From the NCBI GenBank assembly GCA_963713605.1, contig CAVQMO010000005.1, positions 256,001 to 320,000 on the forward strand: 64,000 nucleotides of DNA. The letters are read 5' to 3'. How positions within the stretch are numbered: the stretch's first letter is position 1; each line of letters opens with the position of its first letter. A program made the position numbers and the translations under genes. Positions 49,499-62,590 of this stretch are shown piece by piece. This DNA comes from an uncultured Nitrososphaerales archaeon. GTDB lineage: Archaea > Thermoproteota > Nitrososphaeria > Nitrososphaerales > Nitrososphaeraceae. Under the pieces are notes generated by a model, which did not search any database, was not told the DNA's origin, and worked only from the letters and a program-made list of their open reading frames with translations.

Positions 49499-50465
49499 GC
49501 GCCTCATATTCAGGCTGCCTCCCCAATTCTCTCCATTTACCCACTCAAGTACCAAACATGATAATCTGTTGTTGAATAGCATTGTGAAGTAGCAGAAACA
49601 AAGGTAGTACCTGGCTTGAACTCCCACATACATCTAGGTGGGGATATTCGTCGAAGAGGTGGTCTTTTGGTCGCTGCAAACATCCCCGCCCCTTATTGAT
49701 GACCTAGTAATACTGTGTTTTTGAAACTGCAGTATGAGCCGTCCCCAATCAGCAAATCCTCCAGAATACCAAACTGTCGGGAGATATGTCCAATAGAGTC
49801 CGGATTTAGGATTTCAACAATGTATACAAATTCTAGCCTTAACTTTGTACCTGCAAGTACATACATATAATTAGGCACACACACTGTGCCCGATATTAAT
49901 TGTGCAGATTTTTCATAATAATACGATCTATTTTCTACTGCTCCAGCATAGAATACATTATCCTGTAGTGTAGTATATGTAAAAGTGGCCTATATAGTTC
50001 TTAGTACAAGATCGAAATATGGCCACTATTGTGAATGCTAGTTTTCTGTTGTTACTATAAGGGCGGACAATGCTGCCTACGCAAGCAATCAGTCCCTTCG
50101 TACATCATGACCTACTGTTGAGGTTGCTAGCTTAATCGTAGCAAAAGGAGGAATGGGCGAGGTTCAAGCCGTCTGTAATTCTTGATTACTTATCATGCCA
50201 AGAGATGATAATATGGCCAAATGCATGATAGATAACGATATACCGAGCCTTACCTTCGCTTCTACATTGCCCACAGAGTCTGAATTTAATTTTTTGGTAG
50301 GCTTCCGAATGAGTAGCCATTATTGAATCACTGAATTGTCTTATCTGCATCCAGGCACTCTTGGGATCGCTTCTAACAACGAAACTTCCTGTTAACGTTT
50401 TTCTTGACAAGGCATCATGTAACTTCCTATTTCAATTGTACGCCATTAAGTCTAGGTGTTTATGG

Positions 50466-51293
50466 CTAAGGATAACCCGTTGTAGAAGTTGGGTAGTAAG
50501 GGGAAGTAGAGGGATAACCCGTTGTAGCACCCGAATAGAGAGGTCCATAAGGATTATAGTTGCTGTTTCGATTAATTGCAAGTGCTGCCAACAAAGGTGT
50601 TATAGGAACTCCATCATCCGACAGCACCAAAGTTGGAAGTGGCGTCTTTATATTCTTGTTAACATCTGGTGATGAACTATATGCCAATGTTCTGCAGGTA
50701 TTGAACAGATCTTCAACCTCAAAGTCTTTCCATTTCTGTCTTTCTATGTTTTTCTCCCCTACTGCTATCTGACCTTGTACGTCATCATCAAATATTCTGA
50801 AGCGATTATTATCGCGGATTATTTGTAATGAAACAAGATCCTTTTCTTTATTATTACCATCTCTGCTATTCTTGTCATCGTCATCATCTGCTATTGGGAT
50901 ATTTACATCCTTATCAGGTACTCCAGTTATGGTGAATGAGAATAGACCAGCCCCGCATGCTATAGCGGGAATAGATGGAAACCACGGAGAGATTTGCTGC
51001 TGTCCAAATGGGGGACCCAGAGGGGCATTCACAAGAGTAGATAATGCCAATGAGGTGGGATTAGTTATGAAAAATGGGTTTCTATTGAAGCTAAATTGAT
51101 TGGAGGTATAAGGGTTATAGTAGGGATTATAGGGATAAGTTGATGTCTGTGCAAATACTTCTGGGATCATCGTTGTATTTACACTCAGATTACTGTCAAT
51201 GAGGTTTAACGGTAACAGGAGCAATAGGCATAATACGACAAGAACACAGATCTTGATCTCTGCAAGAAAAATATGGATTATAGACGAGATCAA
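50466..51293 (-). CDS. Secreted SPWFPS-Cys domain protein, subtype B
   Basis: Signal, AQTSTYPYNPYY, ISPWFPSIPAIACGAGLFSFTI...LFNTCRTLAYSSSPDVN; Y/P/T tail. Confidence 0.8.
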   Translation of the reverse strand: MISSIIHIFLAEIKICVLVVLCLLLLLPLNLIDSNLSVNTTMIPEVFAQTSTYPYNPYYNPYTSNQFSFNRNPFFITNPTSLALSTLVNAPLGPPFGQQQISPWFPSIPAIACGAGLFSFTITGVPDKDVNIPIADDDDDKNSRDGNNKEKDLVSLQIIRDNNRFRIFDDDVQGQIAVGEKNIERQKWKDFEVEDLFNTCRTLAYSSSPDVNKNIKTPLPTLVLSDDGVPITPLLAALAINRNSNYNPYGPLYSGATTGYPSTSPYYPTSTTGYP

Positions 51294-52089
51294 TGGTATC
51301 GTATACTCACTTCCACTTAGTATATAGATGCTGAAAGATAAACTTTTGAAAAACTTATATATATTTTTTTACTGTCCTCGAGTGTTAGCAAATAAGGATA
51401 GAATTCTCTTCCAATTATATTGATTATGATACCCGATTTGTCGGTCTTTTTACTTTAGCTCTTCTTATCCGAGCCGAGAGGTACATATAACTGACTTGAA
51501 AAAATCTACTTATCCGGGGTGGAGATAGGGCTATCTACATGAATCGTAGAGATTCTAGTGGATTGACAATTTATTGCGTTGTAAACGCTTGTGCAAGTTT
51601 CAATGTTGGCTAATATGTGATGCATATTCCTATTGATCCTGCATTGGAGAGTACATTCACCGGCACCTCCTTAATTTACCGTCGGGAAGTAACTTCAGAC
51701 TTGGCAGGTTAAAATCTTTTGGGAAATCCAACTTCAACAGCAAAAATCTAATGCTTGTCGTTGTGTGATTCCAAACAGCACGGCTTTTACTGCGATCTTA
51801 AGGTACAAACCTCATCCGGGATGACCAACAAGTTAGTTTCGTTACAGACTCCCGATGACTGGATTGCTAACCTTAACCTCCAATGATCTTCAGAGTCGAA
51901 AGGAATTATCGAAGGTAAGGTAAACCAGGAGAAACACCTAGGCTGTCCGACCCGGCCACCTACCCTGTTAATGCAGTCGTTGGCATTAAGGCCCTTTGAC
52001 CTTTGTCAATGACTATGTACTAACAATTGGATACTGACTTAAAGCTTGTATGTTATCTCCTTATGCTAATATCGTCTATATGTAAATGT

Positions 52090-52607
52090 GGCTTGTTTAG
52101 GGAAAGTTTTGTCTTTGTTGCTTAAATGTAATTACTTTTTGCTTTTGCATTCAGTTCAAAGTCCTTGAATAGTTGAGTGGTAGTTAACAGAGCGGCATGC
52201 GTTTCGCTTTGGGAGGTAAATGGTTTTGTTCAAGGTACATAGATTCATTGCTACTCCCACCTTGGAGCACTCTTACTGTTCTATAGCCAGCGTAAATGTC
52301 CTTCCACTTTCCATCCACGGGGATATCGGTCCACCTTTCAGTCTATACTATCCACATTCAAAATCATCGGCCACTGGTACTTGTGGCGTAGGTTGATGTA
52401 GCTTCCATTGTAGGATTTGTATCTGTCATCTCTTGTATAGGTAAAGGTAATATGAGTGGAATATCATTTCTTTTTGTGTGATTTTGCCTCTACAGCAGAT
52501 ATGTTATCCTCGGTAGATGATCGGTCCACTGGAAGAACTGACAGAATTAGTATTAGTCCACAAATCGATGCGCAAATTCCCTTATTTAGCACAATCAGTT
52601 TCTTCAT
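52090..52607 (-). pseudogene. Decayed 5' half paralog of the DUF1080-like gene 44654..45554
   Basis: Nucleotide similarity to ~45035..45540 (e.g. 'ggtaaaggtaatatga.tggaatatcatttc') with several indels; 3' half missing. Confidence 0.8.
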
Positions 52608-52689
52608 CGTAACTCGGTGTAACCAACTGAAGGAATAAATTGTTGATGTTAACCATCCATAGATTAATACCACTAACACTTTACTATAG

Positions 52690-53322
52690 TTGTACGTATA
52701 TGGCATATTCTTTGTCGTGGCAGAATTCAAGATGGTTGTTGGTATTATAGGATTCCTGCTTTTCATTTTATCTCCTTTCGTTTTTATTGGCACAGAACAA
52801 GCTGCCGATGCGCAGGGTGTTTTAGGGATACCTGTTCCATCAGCTAGTCCTAACAGTATAACGTCTATCTATGGCAAAGGATTTGGAAACAATGGGAATA
52901 GTTTCTCGGCATTTGTTGAGTGTTCTGACGGAAAATATTTCTCTTTTGAAAAGGGATCTTTAATCACATTTTCGTCTGGTCGCCCTAGTGAGGCACCGCA
53001 AGATAATGACCAATTTTATGATGATAGTGCAATTGGAACATGGCAGATAGAATACGGTACCATAGAGTTTGACCATTTCCTATATCAAGGAGGTATCATA
53101 ACTGGTATGTCCTTGCAAGGAGGCTCTTACCTGTTGTATGGAGTCGAAACACAAGACGATATTTGTGGAACAGAAAATGAAAGAATCATTATAGAAACAG
53201 AATGTATTGACGATACTCCCATCAAATACCTAAATTCTGTTGGCGATAGATCGGGGTCTACTACCCCTCCAGATTATGCGAAGGTATATCAATTCTTTAG
53301 TGCCGAGGTTACATGCAGTTAA
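52690..53322 (+). CDS. Secreted hypothetical protein with four Cys
   Basis: Signal ending ADAQ; Gly/aromatic-rich beta domain ending VTCS. Confidence 0.72.
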   Translation: MYVYGIFFVVAEFKMVVGIIGFLLFILSPFVFIGTEQAADAQGVLGIPVPSASPNSITSIYGKGFGNNGNSFSAFVECSDGKYFSFEKGSLITFSSGRPSEAPQDNDQFYDDSAIGTWQIEYGTIEFDHFLYQGGIITGMSLQGGSYLLYGVETQDDICGTENERIIIETECIDDTPIKYLNSVGDRSGSTTPPDYAKVYQFFSAEVTCS

Positions 53323-53761
53323 GAAATACTTGCAGGAGTGGATCTCGTAACAAAACAGGAAATGATGCGGTGCAGATTCAATCTGGGTTGGGGAAAACAT
53401 GATTTAGAGTCGGGGCCGTCATCTCTCATAGCCCTTCCGATATAACTTGTTAATGTTCTAAATGAAGGCGAGAGAGAATTGTTAGCGTAGTATTAGGATG
53501 AAGTTTTTCGAGGACGAAGCTCAGACACCAGATGTGACGATATATATGTGGTAGCCTTGACGAGTTTTAGCGGCTCTACTTTTGAAAGATAGCCTTGGAT
53601 CCCGCAAATGCCTAGACGTTGTTTCATTTGGCTTTAGAAGAGAATTTCTAACTCCTTTATGACATACGGTGGTAACATTTCAATCCAAATTGCAAATAAG
53701 GCTTCCCTACTTTAGCAAATGATTACAATGTAAGTTTTGGATATTTCATACTGGTTTATGT

Positions 53762-54076
53762 TTAATTGTGATCTAATGTGCTACCCCAAAAGCTACTGCC
53801 TATTTCCTTCTGCCATTTCCTACCTTTTTTCGTCAAACTATTATTATTACTGCTATCGATCAATCCGATATCGTTGGCAAACTCAATCCACCTAAGCACC
53901 AGATTTAAGTCATTTTCAAAATAGTCGCTAGCTATTTTAGAAGCTTGGTGTCCTTCAGAAAGTCTTTTCAGAACCAAAACGACCTCTTCTAGATACTTGT
54001 ATTTGTGATGATTAATGGGCGTGAAATCAATTCTTTTGCCACTTTCTACATCCACACAAGACTGCTCTTTTGACAT
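53762..54076 (-). CDS. Small hypothetical protein, wHTH-like
   Basis: KIASDYFEND..LV..WIEF..D.GLID......LTKKG. Confidence 0.6.
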   Translation of the reverse strand: MSKEQSCVDVESGKRIDFTPINHHKYKYLEEVVLVLKRLSEGHQASKIASDYFENDLNLVLRWIEFANDIGLIDSSNNNSLTKKGRKWQKEIGSSFWGSTLDHN

Positions 54077-54794
54077 ATGGGTAAATATTTTATCTAATTC
54101 ATACTTAAGAATCCTTATAGTAAATCTTGATGCTTTTGCAGGAAATTAGAGTATTAGATAAGTAAATGTCAATAATCGTAATACCTTATCTATATATTTC
54201 CAACTTAAGGTACTCTCTGACTGCGATCTTAGAAACATTCGTTATACATGATCTATTGATGACGATAAATTAATAGTCTTTAGGATATGACTAGCGGATG
54301 GAGAGAGAAGCTTACGTCCGTTCGCTTATGCCGAATGCCGAGTATTGTTATGCTGGGGAGGTGCTGGCCAGACCGGTAGACATCTGGATCAAAAAAACAG
54401 CCTAAAATTGATGTCTGGGACGTATGTACTTTACTTTGAAGGAGAGCCAAAAAAATCTGGGCCGCAAATCCATCTATTGTCTGAAGTTAACGCAGATATT
54501 GGCGGCTCTTCTAATTTAAGTGGCGGATTAGATTTAGGTGATGCATTGGTACAACCAAAAACTATTTTTATTCCAAATCGGTGAAAAAAATTAATCAAGA
54601 ATTTTTAGGAGGGTAGATTTTCGGAATACGGGCAGTGCCAATCGAAAATTTCGCTGCCTGAAAGAGGTAGAAGGCTCTACATCTCGATATGGACAACCAC
54701 ATTTAGAGATATAGGATTATTATATTGACTACAGATTAAATGATCGAAGTTGTACTGTGACATTTTATCTTGCTAATCAAATCCAAAAAACCAT

Positions 54795-55361
54795 TCATAT
54801 CCAGATCGCAGAAATTATATACATACCTAAACCTGTTTGACAATTTGGATTACCGAAGATCACGAACGAAGCACTGATATTCGGTACAGGACTATTAGAC
54901 AACGGATTTAATAGTTCAGTTTGTAAGACATTCTCTTGTACTTCGATAATATTTGCTTCTGGCATTTCAAAATCTTGAATACACAACTGTTGTCCGGTAT
55001 TGCTATCCGAGGACAAAGTTACTGTATACGTCCACCATGCCATTGGAGCAAATGCAGGATTCATAATCATATTTACTAACCCGGTATTACTCTGTGAATT
55101 AATCCATAAATATCCGAAAGCTGGATACTGTAAACTAAACTGGTTTGCATCACCAGAATTTCTGGTTGAAGGTATTGTGTCGCCCGCTTGCAACCCCAGA
55201 AACAATAATCCAGCCTTGTTTTGTAATGCTGATGCTTTCTGTAATTGTGTATAACCCGGCGGTACCAACTGGGCGGACACAGCGGAGACAAAAGGAACGA
55301 TAAACATTATCATTATCATTGTCAATGCTATACCTATAATTCTAGTAGCATCTACTTTCAT
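54795..55361 (-). CDS. Secreted hypothetical protein
   Basis: Signal peptide ending VSAQ; two Cys. Confidence 0.7.
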   Translation of the reverse strand: MKVDATRIIGIALTMIMIMFIVPFVSAVSAQLVPPGYTQLQKASALQNKAGLLFLGLQAGDTIPSTRNSGDANQFSLQYPAFGYLWINSQSNTGLVNMIMNPAFAPMAWWTYTVTLSSDSNTGQQLCIQDFEMPEANIIEVQENVLQTELLNPLSNSPVPNISASFVIFGNPNCQTGLGMYIISAIWI

Positions 55362-55910
55362 AGCATGTCTATTAAACAGAGGTAGACTTAACTAATAAGC
55401 TTTCAACTAAACTTATATACTTCTAAAAGAGAAAAATCTGCAGATATTAAGACCTGTTACACATGACAAAAACAGAAATATTTTATTAGCAAAGCCTGCC
55501 GATATTAGCCCGATTTTTTAGTCAATTATGACAAGTTCAATCCAGGTTACCTGAGATCGGTAGCCTCAGGTCAGGATATCGTTTAATAGCGGCCAAAGGA
55601 AGATGCTCTTCCCTCACTCCAAAGGTTGTTGAATATTTCGATATCTAGCTATCAGATCGAGAAATGTCTCACTCCGTGCTTAAGACTGAGAAGAGGAGGA
55701 GGAATAGCATCTCATCCTGTAAACATATTGATTATGGATAACTGTACAATCATCTTACCATACAGATTGCTAAATCGATAGGCAGGAGACGTGACTGTTA
55801 TTTCAAATATACAAAATCCTCGCAAAAAGAAACAATAATTACAGCATATTGTACAAATAATATACTTTTGACTAACAAGGTGTTAATACAACTCAGGTAC
55901 CTACACCAGT

Positions 55911-57681
55911 ATGTGTTCTATTATAGGATACAATGGGCAATTATTAGTAGCACCTTTATTAGTAGATAGTCTTAAGCGGATGGAATATAGAGGTTATGAC
56001 AGTGTAGGTATAGCGACAATAAATAATGGCAAGATCCTGCTCAAGAAAGGTGTGGGTAGGGTTTTGGAAGTTGATGGGACGCTTGACATGAAAAGTATGA
56101 AGGGGTTCACGGGTATTGGGCACACTAGATGGGCAACGCATGGCGGCGTTACCGATAAAAATGCCCATCCTCATTATGGCTGTACAGATAGCATTGCAAT
56201 CGCCCACAATGGGATCATTGAAAATCACGAAGAGTTGAAGGAAGAGCTTATTGACTCAGGTCATGTTTTTAAAAGTAATACAGATAGCGAAGTAATCGCA
56301 CATCTTCTTGAAAACTATTACAATGAACTAAAAGATATAAAGAAAAGTATAATGGAAACATGCAGTAGACTAAAGGGAGCCTATGCATTTGTGGCGGCAT
56401 TCGAGGATGGGACCATTTGCGGATCCAGATACAATGAGCCATTAATAATCGGAATAGTAGATACAGGGAATTTCCTGTCAAGTGATATCTTGGGATTTAT
56501 TGAATTTACTGACAAAGCCATTTTTCTAGATAATAGGGACATTGTGATCTTGGATTCGAAAAACTATCAAATTTATGACTCCGAGGGAAAAAACGTGAAT
56601 CGAACAGTTACTCAGGTGGCGTGGGAATTAGCCGCAGTAGATAAAGGAAAATACTCACACCACACTTTAAAAGAAATTCATGAACAACCAAAGGTATTAG
56701 AAAAAGTAGGGATCTCCAGTTTAGATAAGATAGAGGAAGTTTGTAATGTCCTTCGGAACTCCAAGACTGTATTTCTGACGGGTAGTGGAACAAGTTATCA
56801 TTGTGCTCTAATCGCAAAACACTTGTTATCAAATTTTGGAAAAATTCACGCAGAGACTGTGATGTCAAGTGAATTCCAATATACGCTTGCGGGCGTTGAT
56901 AATTCATCAGTGGTCTTGGCATTTTCTCAGAGTGGTGAAACAGCAGATGTATTGCATTCTGTAAAGGCTGCTAAACAAATGGGAGCCAAAATACTCTCTA
57001 TTGTTAACGTTCCGACTTCTTCATTAGCCAGAATCAGTGATTCATTCTTGACAACCTCGTGTGGGCCTGAGGTAGGAGTAGCGGCAACAAAGAGTTTCAC
57101 GGCTCAATTATCTCTAATCTATATGATAGCAGATAGATTATGTAACGGCTGCTTAGGTTTCAAGGCTAACAATTCACTTGTTGTTGATGCACTTTGTGAA
57201 GTTTTAGATTCCGAAAAAGAATTCCATGATATTGCTCAGAAGCTTCATTCTGCTCGAGACATTTACGTCCTCGGTAGATCGATACACTATCCTATTGCCC
57301 TTGAAGGAGCACTGAAAATAAAGGAATTGTCATATATTCACGCAGAGGGTATAGCTGCTGGTGAATTAAAGCATGGACCATTGGCGTTGATAGATAAAGA
57401 TAGTCTACGTAATAATCTTGAATCCTAGCGATTCTACTTCAGATCGTAACATTGCTAGCGCTCATGAGATAAAAGCTAGAGGGGCCACAATAATCGGTAT
57501 TTCTGACTTACCAAATGAAGTATACGACATTTTTATCAAGATCCCATCAATCGAATGCAGTGCTATCTATCCTATTATAGAAGTGATACCTCTTCAGATT
57601 CTGGCCTACTACCTGTCACTTGTAAGGAATATAGATCCAGATTATCCACGCAACCTTGCGAAATCAGTTACTGTAATGTAG
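55911..57681 (+). CDS. glmS: Glutamine-fructose-6-phosphate aminotransferase, frameshift near 57405
   Basis: [57 protein letters not shown]. Confidence 0.96.
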
Positions 57682-57844
57682 AGCAACTTCCTACGCCTTG
57701 GCACAGCAGATATCCCGAGACACATGTATCTAATTATTGACTGTCAAAGAACCTAATCCAATTATTACATGTAAAATCTAAAACTTATCTTGGAATTTAG
57801 CTTATTATCATTCTCTAGTCAAGGAGGCAGGTGAGAACTTTGAA

Positions 57845-58171
57845 GTGGTTTCAGAGATCAGGATCCTTGATCACGAAGAAGTTTTCGAGGATACGGCAGA
57901 AGATAATGAATTATGGTCTGTTTATGGCCTGGCAAAGCCGAATCCAAAAGAGGAGCCAAAACAGCATAACGGGCCAGAAACGGGATCGGGATCTCAGCCA
58001 GAAAAAGTGGGAACCAATCCACTAATCGAAAACCCAAAAAATGAGGGCTTTAGTCCTACTATTGGTGACAAACACGCTCAAAAAAGGCAAATGGGAACTA
58101 ATGGACTAATTTCTAGCAGTAGGACAGATAACGATCAAAAACAGAGCCCCACAGATCAAGGGTCAACATAG
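57845..58171 (+). CDS. Low-complexity hypothetical protein or fragment
   Basis: 108-aa hydrophilic ORF, no recognisable domain. Confidence 0.3.
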   Translation: MVSEIRILDHEEVFEDTAEDNELWSVYGLAKPNPKEEPKQHNGPETGSGSQPEKVGTNPLIENPKNEGFSPTIGDKHAQKRQMGTNGLISSSRTDNDQKQSPTDQGST

Positions 58172-58583
58172 CACCCACAACATAATGAGATAGGAAATGA
58201 AATTCCTTCAAATAATTATGATTATCACTATTATAATCATAATGGGATTTCTGATCGTGCAAATTAGTTAGAAGTTAATTCTGAACCAAAATTAGACCCC
58301 AAGACCCCAGGAGTTGAAGATGATAACGATATTCTGCTGGAAGTTGTTCGTCGATATATTTTGAAATATTCTGTTTTGCTTCCTGCATTAGAATGGTTAA
58401 GTCTCTATGAATAGTAGATTGTGAAATATTCAAGTATTTGCTATCTCTCTTTCAGTAAAACCCTTGCTACTTAGGTCGAGTTCCATATCTCTACGCCATG
58501 CTATTTGTTGTTAATTCACTTCATTGCGTGATTGATTCATTATTTGAGTGTGATTTATGTAATGTGATTCAGTTTGATATCTC

Positions 58584-59019
58584 TTAAGTTAAACCTAATT
58601 GTCTCATCATACCCATTTGGTCAAAGAAAAGATTTTCTTCATCGATTTGACCATTCTTCCAGTGTGCAATCTGTACAAAAGTCGACCTGAAAGGTCTTAT
58701 TGGTTGGGGGAATCATTTTTCCTGCTGCACCCACCATAGGACCTTTGTGGGTACCGGTAAAAATCGCAATCGAGCAAGTCCACTCTCCTTGACCAAATAG
58801 TACCTTATACGGGTTGTTTTGGACATGGTTATCAGGGAATATCTTGAACATTTCTGTACCTTCGCTTCGATGTGCATCAAGACCTTTCGTAGGTTCAGAT
58901 TGACCCGGCCACCTCACTATGACATCCTGAGTATGACGCTTGGCGAATTTGTCCCAATCTTGACTATTCCACGCATCATCTAATGTCTTCATAAGGCGCA
59001 TATTTTCTTCTGCACTCAA
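58584..59019 (-). CDS. SnoaL-like ester cyclase (NTF2 fold), frameshift near 58670
   Basis: DDAWNSQDW, FPDN, FTGTHKGPM...IPPTNK; shifted frame gives EENLFFDQMGMMRQLGLT*. Confidence 0.85.
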
Positions 59020-59970
59020 TACCTCTTTGTGGAGCGGCGAAGCATAAAAGGTTAATTTATATCATCATTATCATTCTCTCTTCTAGTGACATGCTATAGC
59101 ATATAATATCGAATATGCTGCGCAGAAGCATACTGTATTCAACGAGTCCGCGCTGTTGTGGATTGATGCGATCCTGCAATTGCTCAATGCTATAACCTAA
59201 CTTATTACCTATACTCTGTCAGTCAAATTGTTGATTGTAATCTAAGTGGATTTTGGAATTATCGTCTGTCCTGCAATTTGCCTGGTACCACAAGTTCCTA
59301 ATTGTCATACGAATTCCTTGACGCATTTGTGCTGCCTGATTGAATTATGGATAGTGTTGACAACAATTATGTCAAGTCTGCACAAATACACAAATGGAAA
59401 ATGAATTACTTCGGTGATCTTTCATAGCCACTTCTATATTTTTCAGGGAGGTGTGCCCATTGAAACGTCAAATTTACAAGGGTTCCTAACCTTTTGTACC
59501 TACCAAGCTGTTTCAAGTATCTACTAGAAATATGATTTCATCTAAATGATGGATTGTTGGAGGAAAGTAGAAGCCAAAAATTGAAAAGGAAGAACTTCCG
59601 TTTGTTTTTCGCATTTGGTATTTGCAAAACACAGATAATGAAAATATACTGATAGATGGCAATTAATTTCTGGTAGGTGACCCTCCCGATCATTTGACGC
59701 ACCAATCTGTGTGATATTTCTGTTTCAAAAGATAACCCTATTTATTTACACTTATTCTAAAACTCGATAGGCAATATGCAATATTTGAGGGTGCCAAACC
59801 AGTAATTTAACTATGCATTCATTCTAGAAGACAAAATTTTGACCCATTCGGTGGGAGAAGAAATCTTAAGCATCCCTTGGCTCAACTCCGTAAGATTACA
59901 TAAGCAATATTTTAAGTGACTTAATTACTCAATTTAGATATAGCATGCATCCTCGAGAGATCAATATATT

Positions 59971-60408
59971 ATGCTACAAGGGTTCATACACCATGTTCTA
60001 GCAAAACCTCTGATTAGGAGTTCAATATTCTTCCTTTTAATGCTGTTTTTACCCGTTGCCATCATTTTCATGACTCCTCCCACTATTGCTATCGATGAGG
60101 TAGCCACTGCCTCGAAGCTTGATAATCTATACTCAACAAACTTCAGTGCAACACCATTCCCTTCCTCCTTGGTGTTTGACCCCTATGAGGAATACAGACA
60201 TGTAGTCCTCGATAGGACGGTGACCATAATGGGGAACATAATGTTGCAAGAACTTGAAAATACTACTGACCAAGATAATAGCATTGATATGAACTCAGAA
60301 CAAACCCATCAATCTGTGCGATCACAAGAATCGCAACGATTCTTTGACGGCATGACCAAACGGTTAGGCCTACAAAGCCAAGCAGCAACAGCAACAACAA
60401 CTAAATGA
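59971..60408 (+). CDS. Secreted/membrane-anchored hypothetical protein
   Basis: N-terminal hydrophobic helix; may continue by frameshift into 60517..60879. Confidence 0.5.
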   Translation: MLQGFIHHVLAKPLIRSSIFFLLMLFLPVAIIFMTPPTIAIDEVATASKLDNLYSTNFSATPFPSSLVFDPYEEYRHVVLDRTVTIMGNIMLQELENTTDQDNSIDMNSEQTHQSVRSQESQRFFDGMTKRLGLQSQAATATTTK

Positions 60409-61194
60409 AAATCTCCAACTAAAGCATCTGGGACAGTTGAATGAACCAACCTACCCAATCAAGCAACTTTCTAGTCCAGAAGCAAGAAATCAAAAGGAAA
60501 TAGTTACAAAATCCTCTTGGTTTCCTTCAATTCCCTCCTATTACTGCGACGGTTCTTGTACTCTTTTATCATCGAAGGTACAGTTAAATTGGATTTAGAC
60601 AAACTGAAAATAGCTAACCAATACCCGGTGACTATTAAAATTCTGACCGACAAACTAGGGGTTACGAACACGGACGGAAACAAGGATGTGACTGGAGAAT
60701 TGAATATAGGAAATAATCAGTATTTTAGTGAAAATGCCAATGCTAGTGACCATAGTGTCAGGGAAACTGATGATGTCTATAATACGAATGCCACAAATAA
60801 ATTTGCTCCAGAGAGTCATAATCTTGATATACAGAGAATCCAGAACAATTGTAGAATACATGTTTACAATTCGAAGTAATAGTTAGAATTTTTGCAGATA
60901 CTTGTTGTGATTGGTGATCTAATGATTCTGTCCGCAACACGGTAATAATCCTCTTGAACTTTATTGAGGTTCCTTGTATATGCCAAACGCGTAGGATAAA
61001 GTTTATGTGATCTATCTCTTAACAAAAAGCTAATAATCCTTCTAGTATAAGCTAAACTAATTCTTTTCAATTCAGTGGTAAAGGGAATAGAAAGAATACT
61101 ATCTAACGGTTTATCAAAAGTCAATTATAAAGATAACTCTACACATACTACGGTCTACAAAGAAGTGACTTCATGGACCAGTACCACTAGTATC

Positions 61195-62590
61195 TTGCGC
61201 GTTCTATGCGCCGAGCACATAAGGCTCGTAATTTCAATTATAATGGTCTATATTGCAGTAACGCTATTCATTGGTAATCCATCTTTGTCAGCGGAGACAT
61301 CTACAATTTCAAATGCTACGTCTTCGCCCTCATTCACTAGTGGCGAGCCATCAAGGAGCAGAAAACCCACAGTTAGAAGCCTCGAGCGCCGGAGAAGCAG
61401 TAGAAGTGGCTAAATATCCACAGAATTCTCTTTTGAGTCCCCCACCATCTTCCTTCCCACCGCATGTATCCGAGCAAATTAACCAGGGTTATCAGACGCC
61501 ATTATTGACTTTAGGGACAAACCTTCAAACTTTCACTACTCAGGCATCTCAACAGACCCCTCCGTCAACACGTAACATTCCTGACTCTCAACCTGTCACT
61601 AATCCCGGTACTGACTCGTCGTCTGTGACAGGTTCGTCCCCTCTGGATTCATCAATGACAGCGGAATTAAGCCCCTCAACAACAGTATCACCACCTTCTG
61701 CTCCTGCTCCACCTAGCACTTCCCTACCACAGCCTCTTTTACAACAGTATCCTCAACCTCTACAGCAATCAGCAATCCAACAACAGTCTGCACCGTCTCC
61801 GACTCAGACAACTCCTCAAACGCAGTTGTCCGCGCAGACCTCTCCAACACCCCAAAACATTTTACCCTCTACCTCCGGAACAATTCTACCGCAGGCATCA
61901 GTCTTACCACCGTTGTCTACTACTTTTCCTCCTACCGTGTATCCACCAGTGAGCTCTATCCAACCCCCGTCTCCGACTCAGACAACTCCTCAAACGCAGT
62001 TGTCCGCGCAGACCTCTCCAACACCCCAAAACATTTTACCCTCTACCTCCGGAACAATTCTACCGCAGGCATCAGTCTTACCACCGTTGTCTACTACTTT
62101 TCCTCCTACCGTGTATCCACCAGTGAGCTCTATCCAACCCTACGGCTCCCCCTTTACTGGTACAGTAGGATATCCCTCGACAACCCTTGGAAATGCAGGT
62201 ACTGGTGCGACAACCACATCCGTTGGAGGGACGTCTGAGATCGTATCACCTTGGTTCCCGTCTCTTCCTGCTATGTATTGCGGAGGGACTTTTCTGTTGA
62301 CGATCGAAGGAACACCTCGAGCAGGTGACCACGAAAATGCCAAATTAGAACCATCAGACCCACACAACGGCGACGACGATGACAAAGATTCAAAATATGA
62401 AAATGGCAAAGACAGACGCTTACTCTCCCTGCAGGTAAATTCAGATAACTCAAGAATTTTTACGGACGACGACGCAATATTTGGAAAAATATTCACAGGA
62501 AAAAAGAATATCGATCAAAATAAAGGAAGCGATTTTGAGATCAAATCCATTTTTAATGATTGTCAAATCGTTACGTACAGTAAGCTATGA
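61195..62590 (+). CDS. Secreted P/S/T/Q-rich SPWFPS-Cys domain protein, subtype A (frameshift after the signal peptide)
   Basis: Signal IRLVISIIMVYIAVTLFIG..LSA in the frame of 61075; mucin-like linker and VSPWFPSLPAMYCGGTF...IFNDCQIVTYSKL in the frame of 61271. Confidence 0.78.
61793..62140. repeat. Exact 174-bp (58-aa) tandem duplication
   Basis: PSPTQTTPQTQLSAQ...VYPPVSSIQP twice; units start at 61793 and 61967. Confidence 0.95.

Noticed and set aside
49337..49633. ORFs 49337..49633 (-) and 49362..49592 (+)
   Set aside because: No motifs; better explained as shadows of the Cys-rich frame 49319..49498
51700..52000. Possible intron or ncRNA in a long intergenic region
   Set aside because: No group I/II intron, tRNA, SRP or RNase P hallmarks identifiable by eye
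55400..55910. glmS ribozyme
   Set aside because: Conserved core not recognisable; the putative TATA box lies close to the start codon
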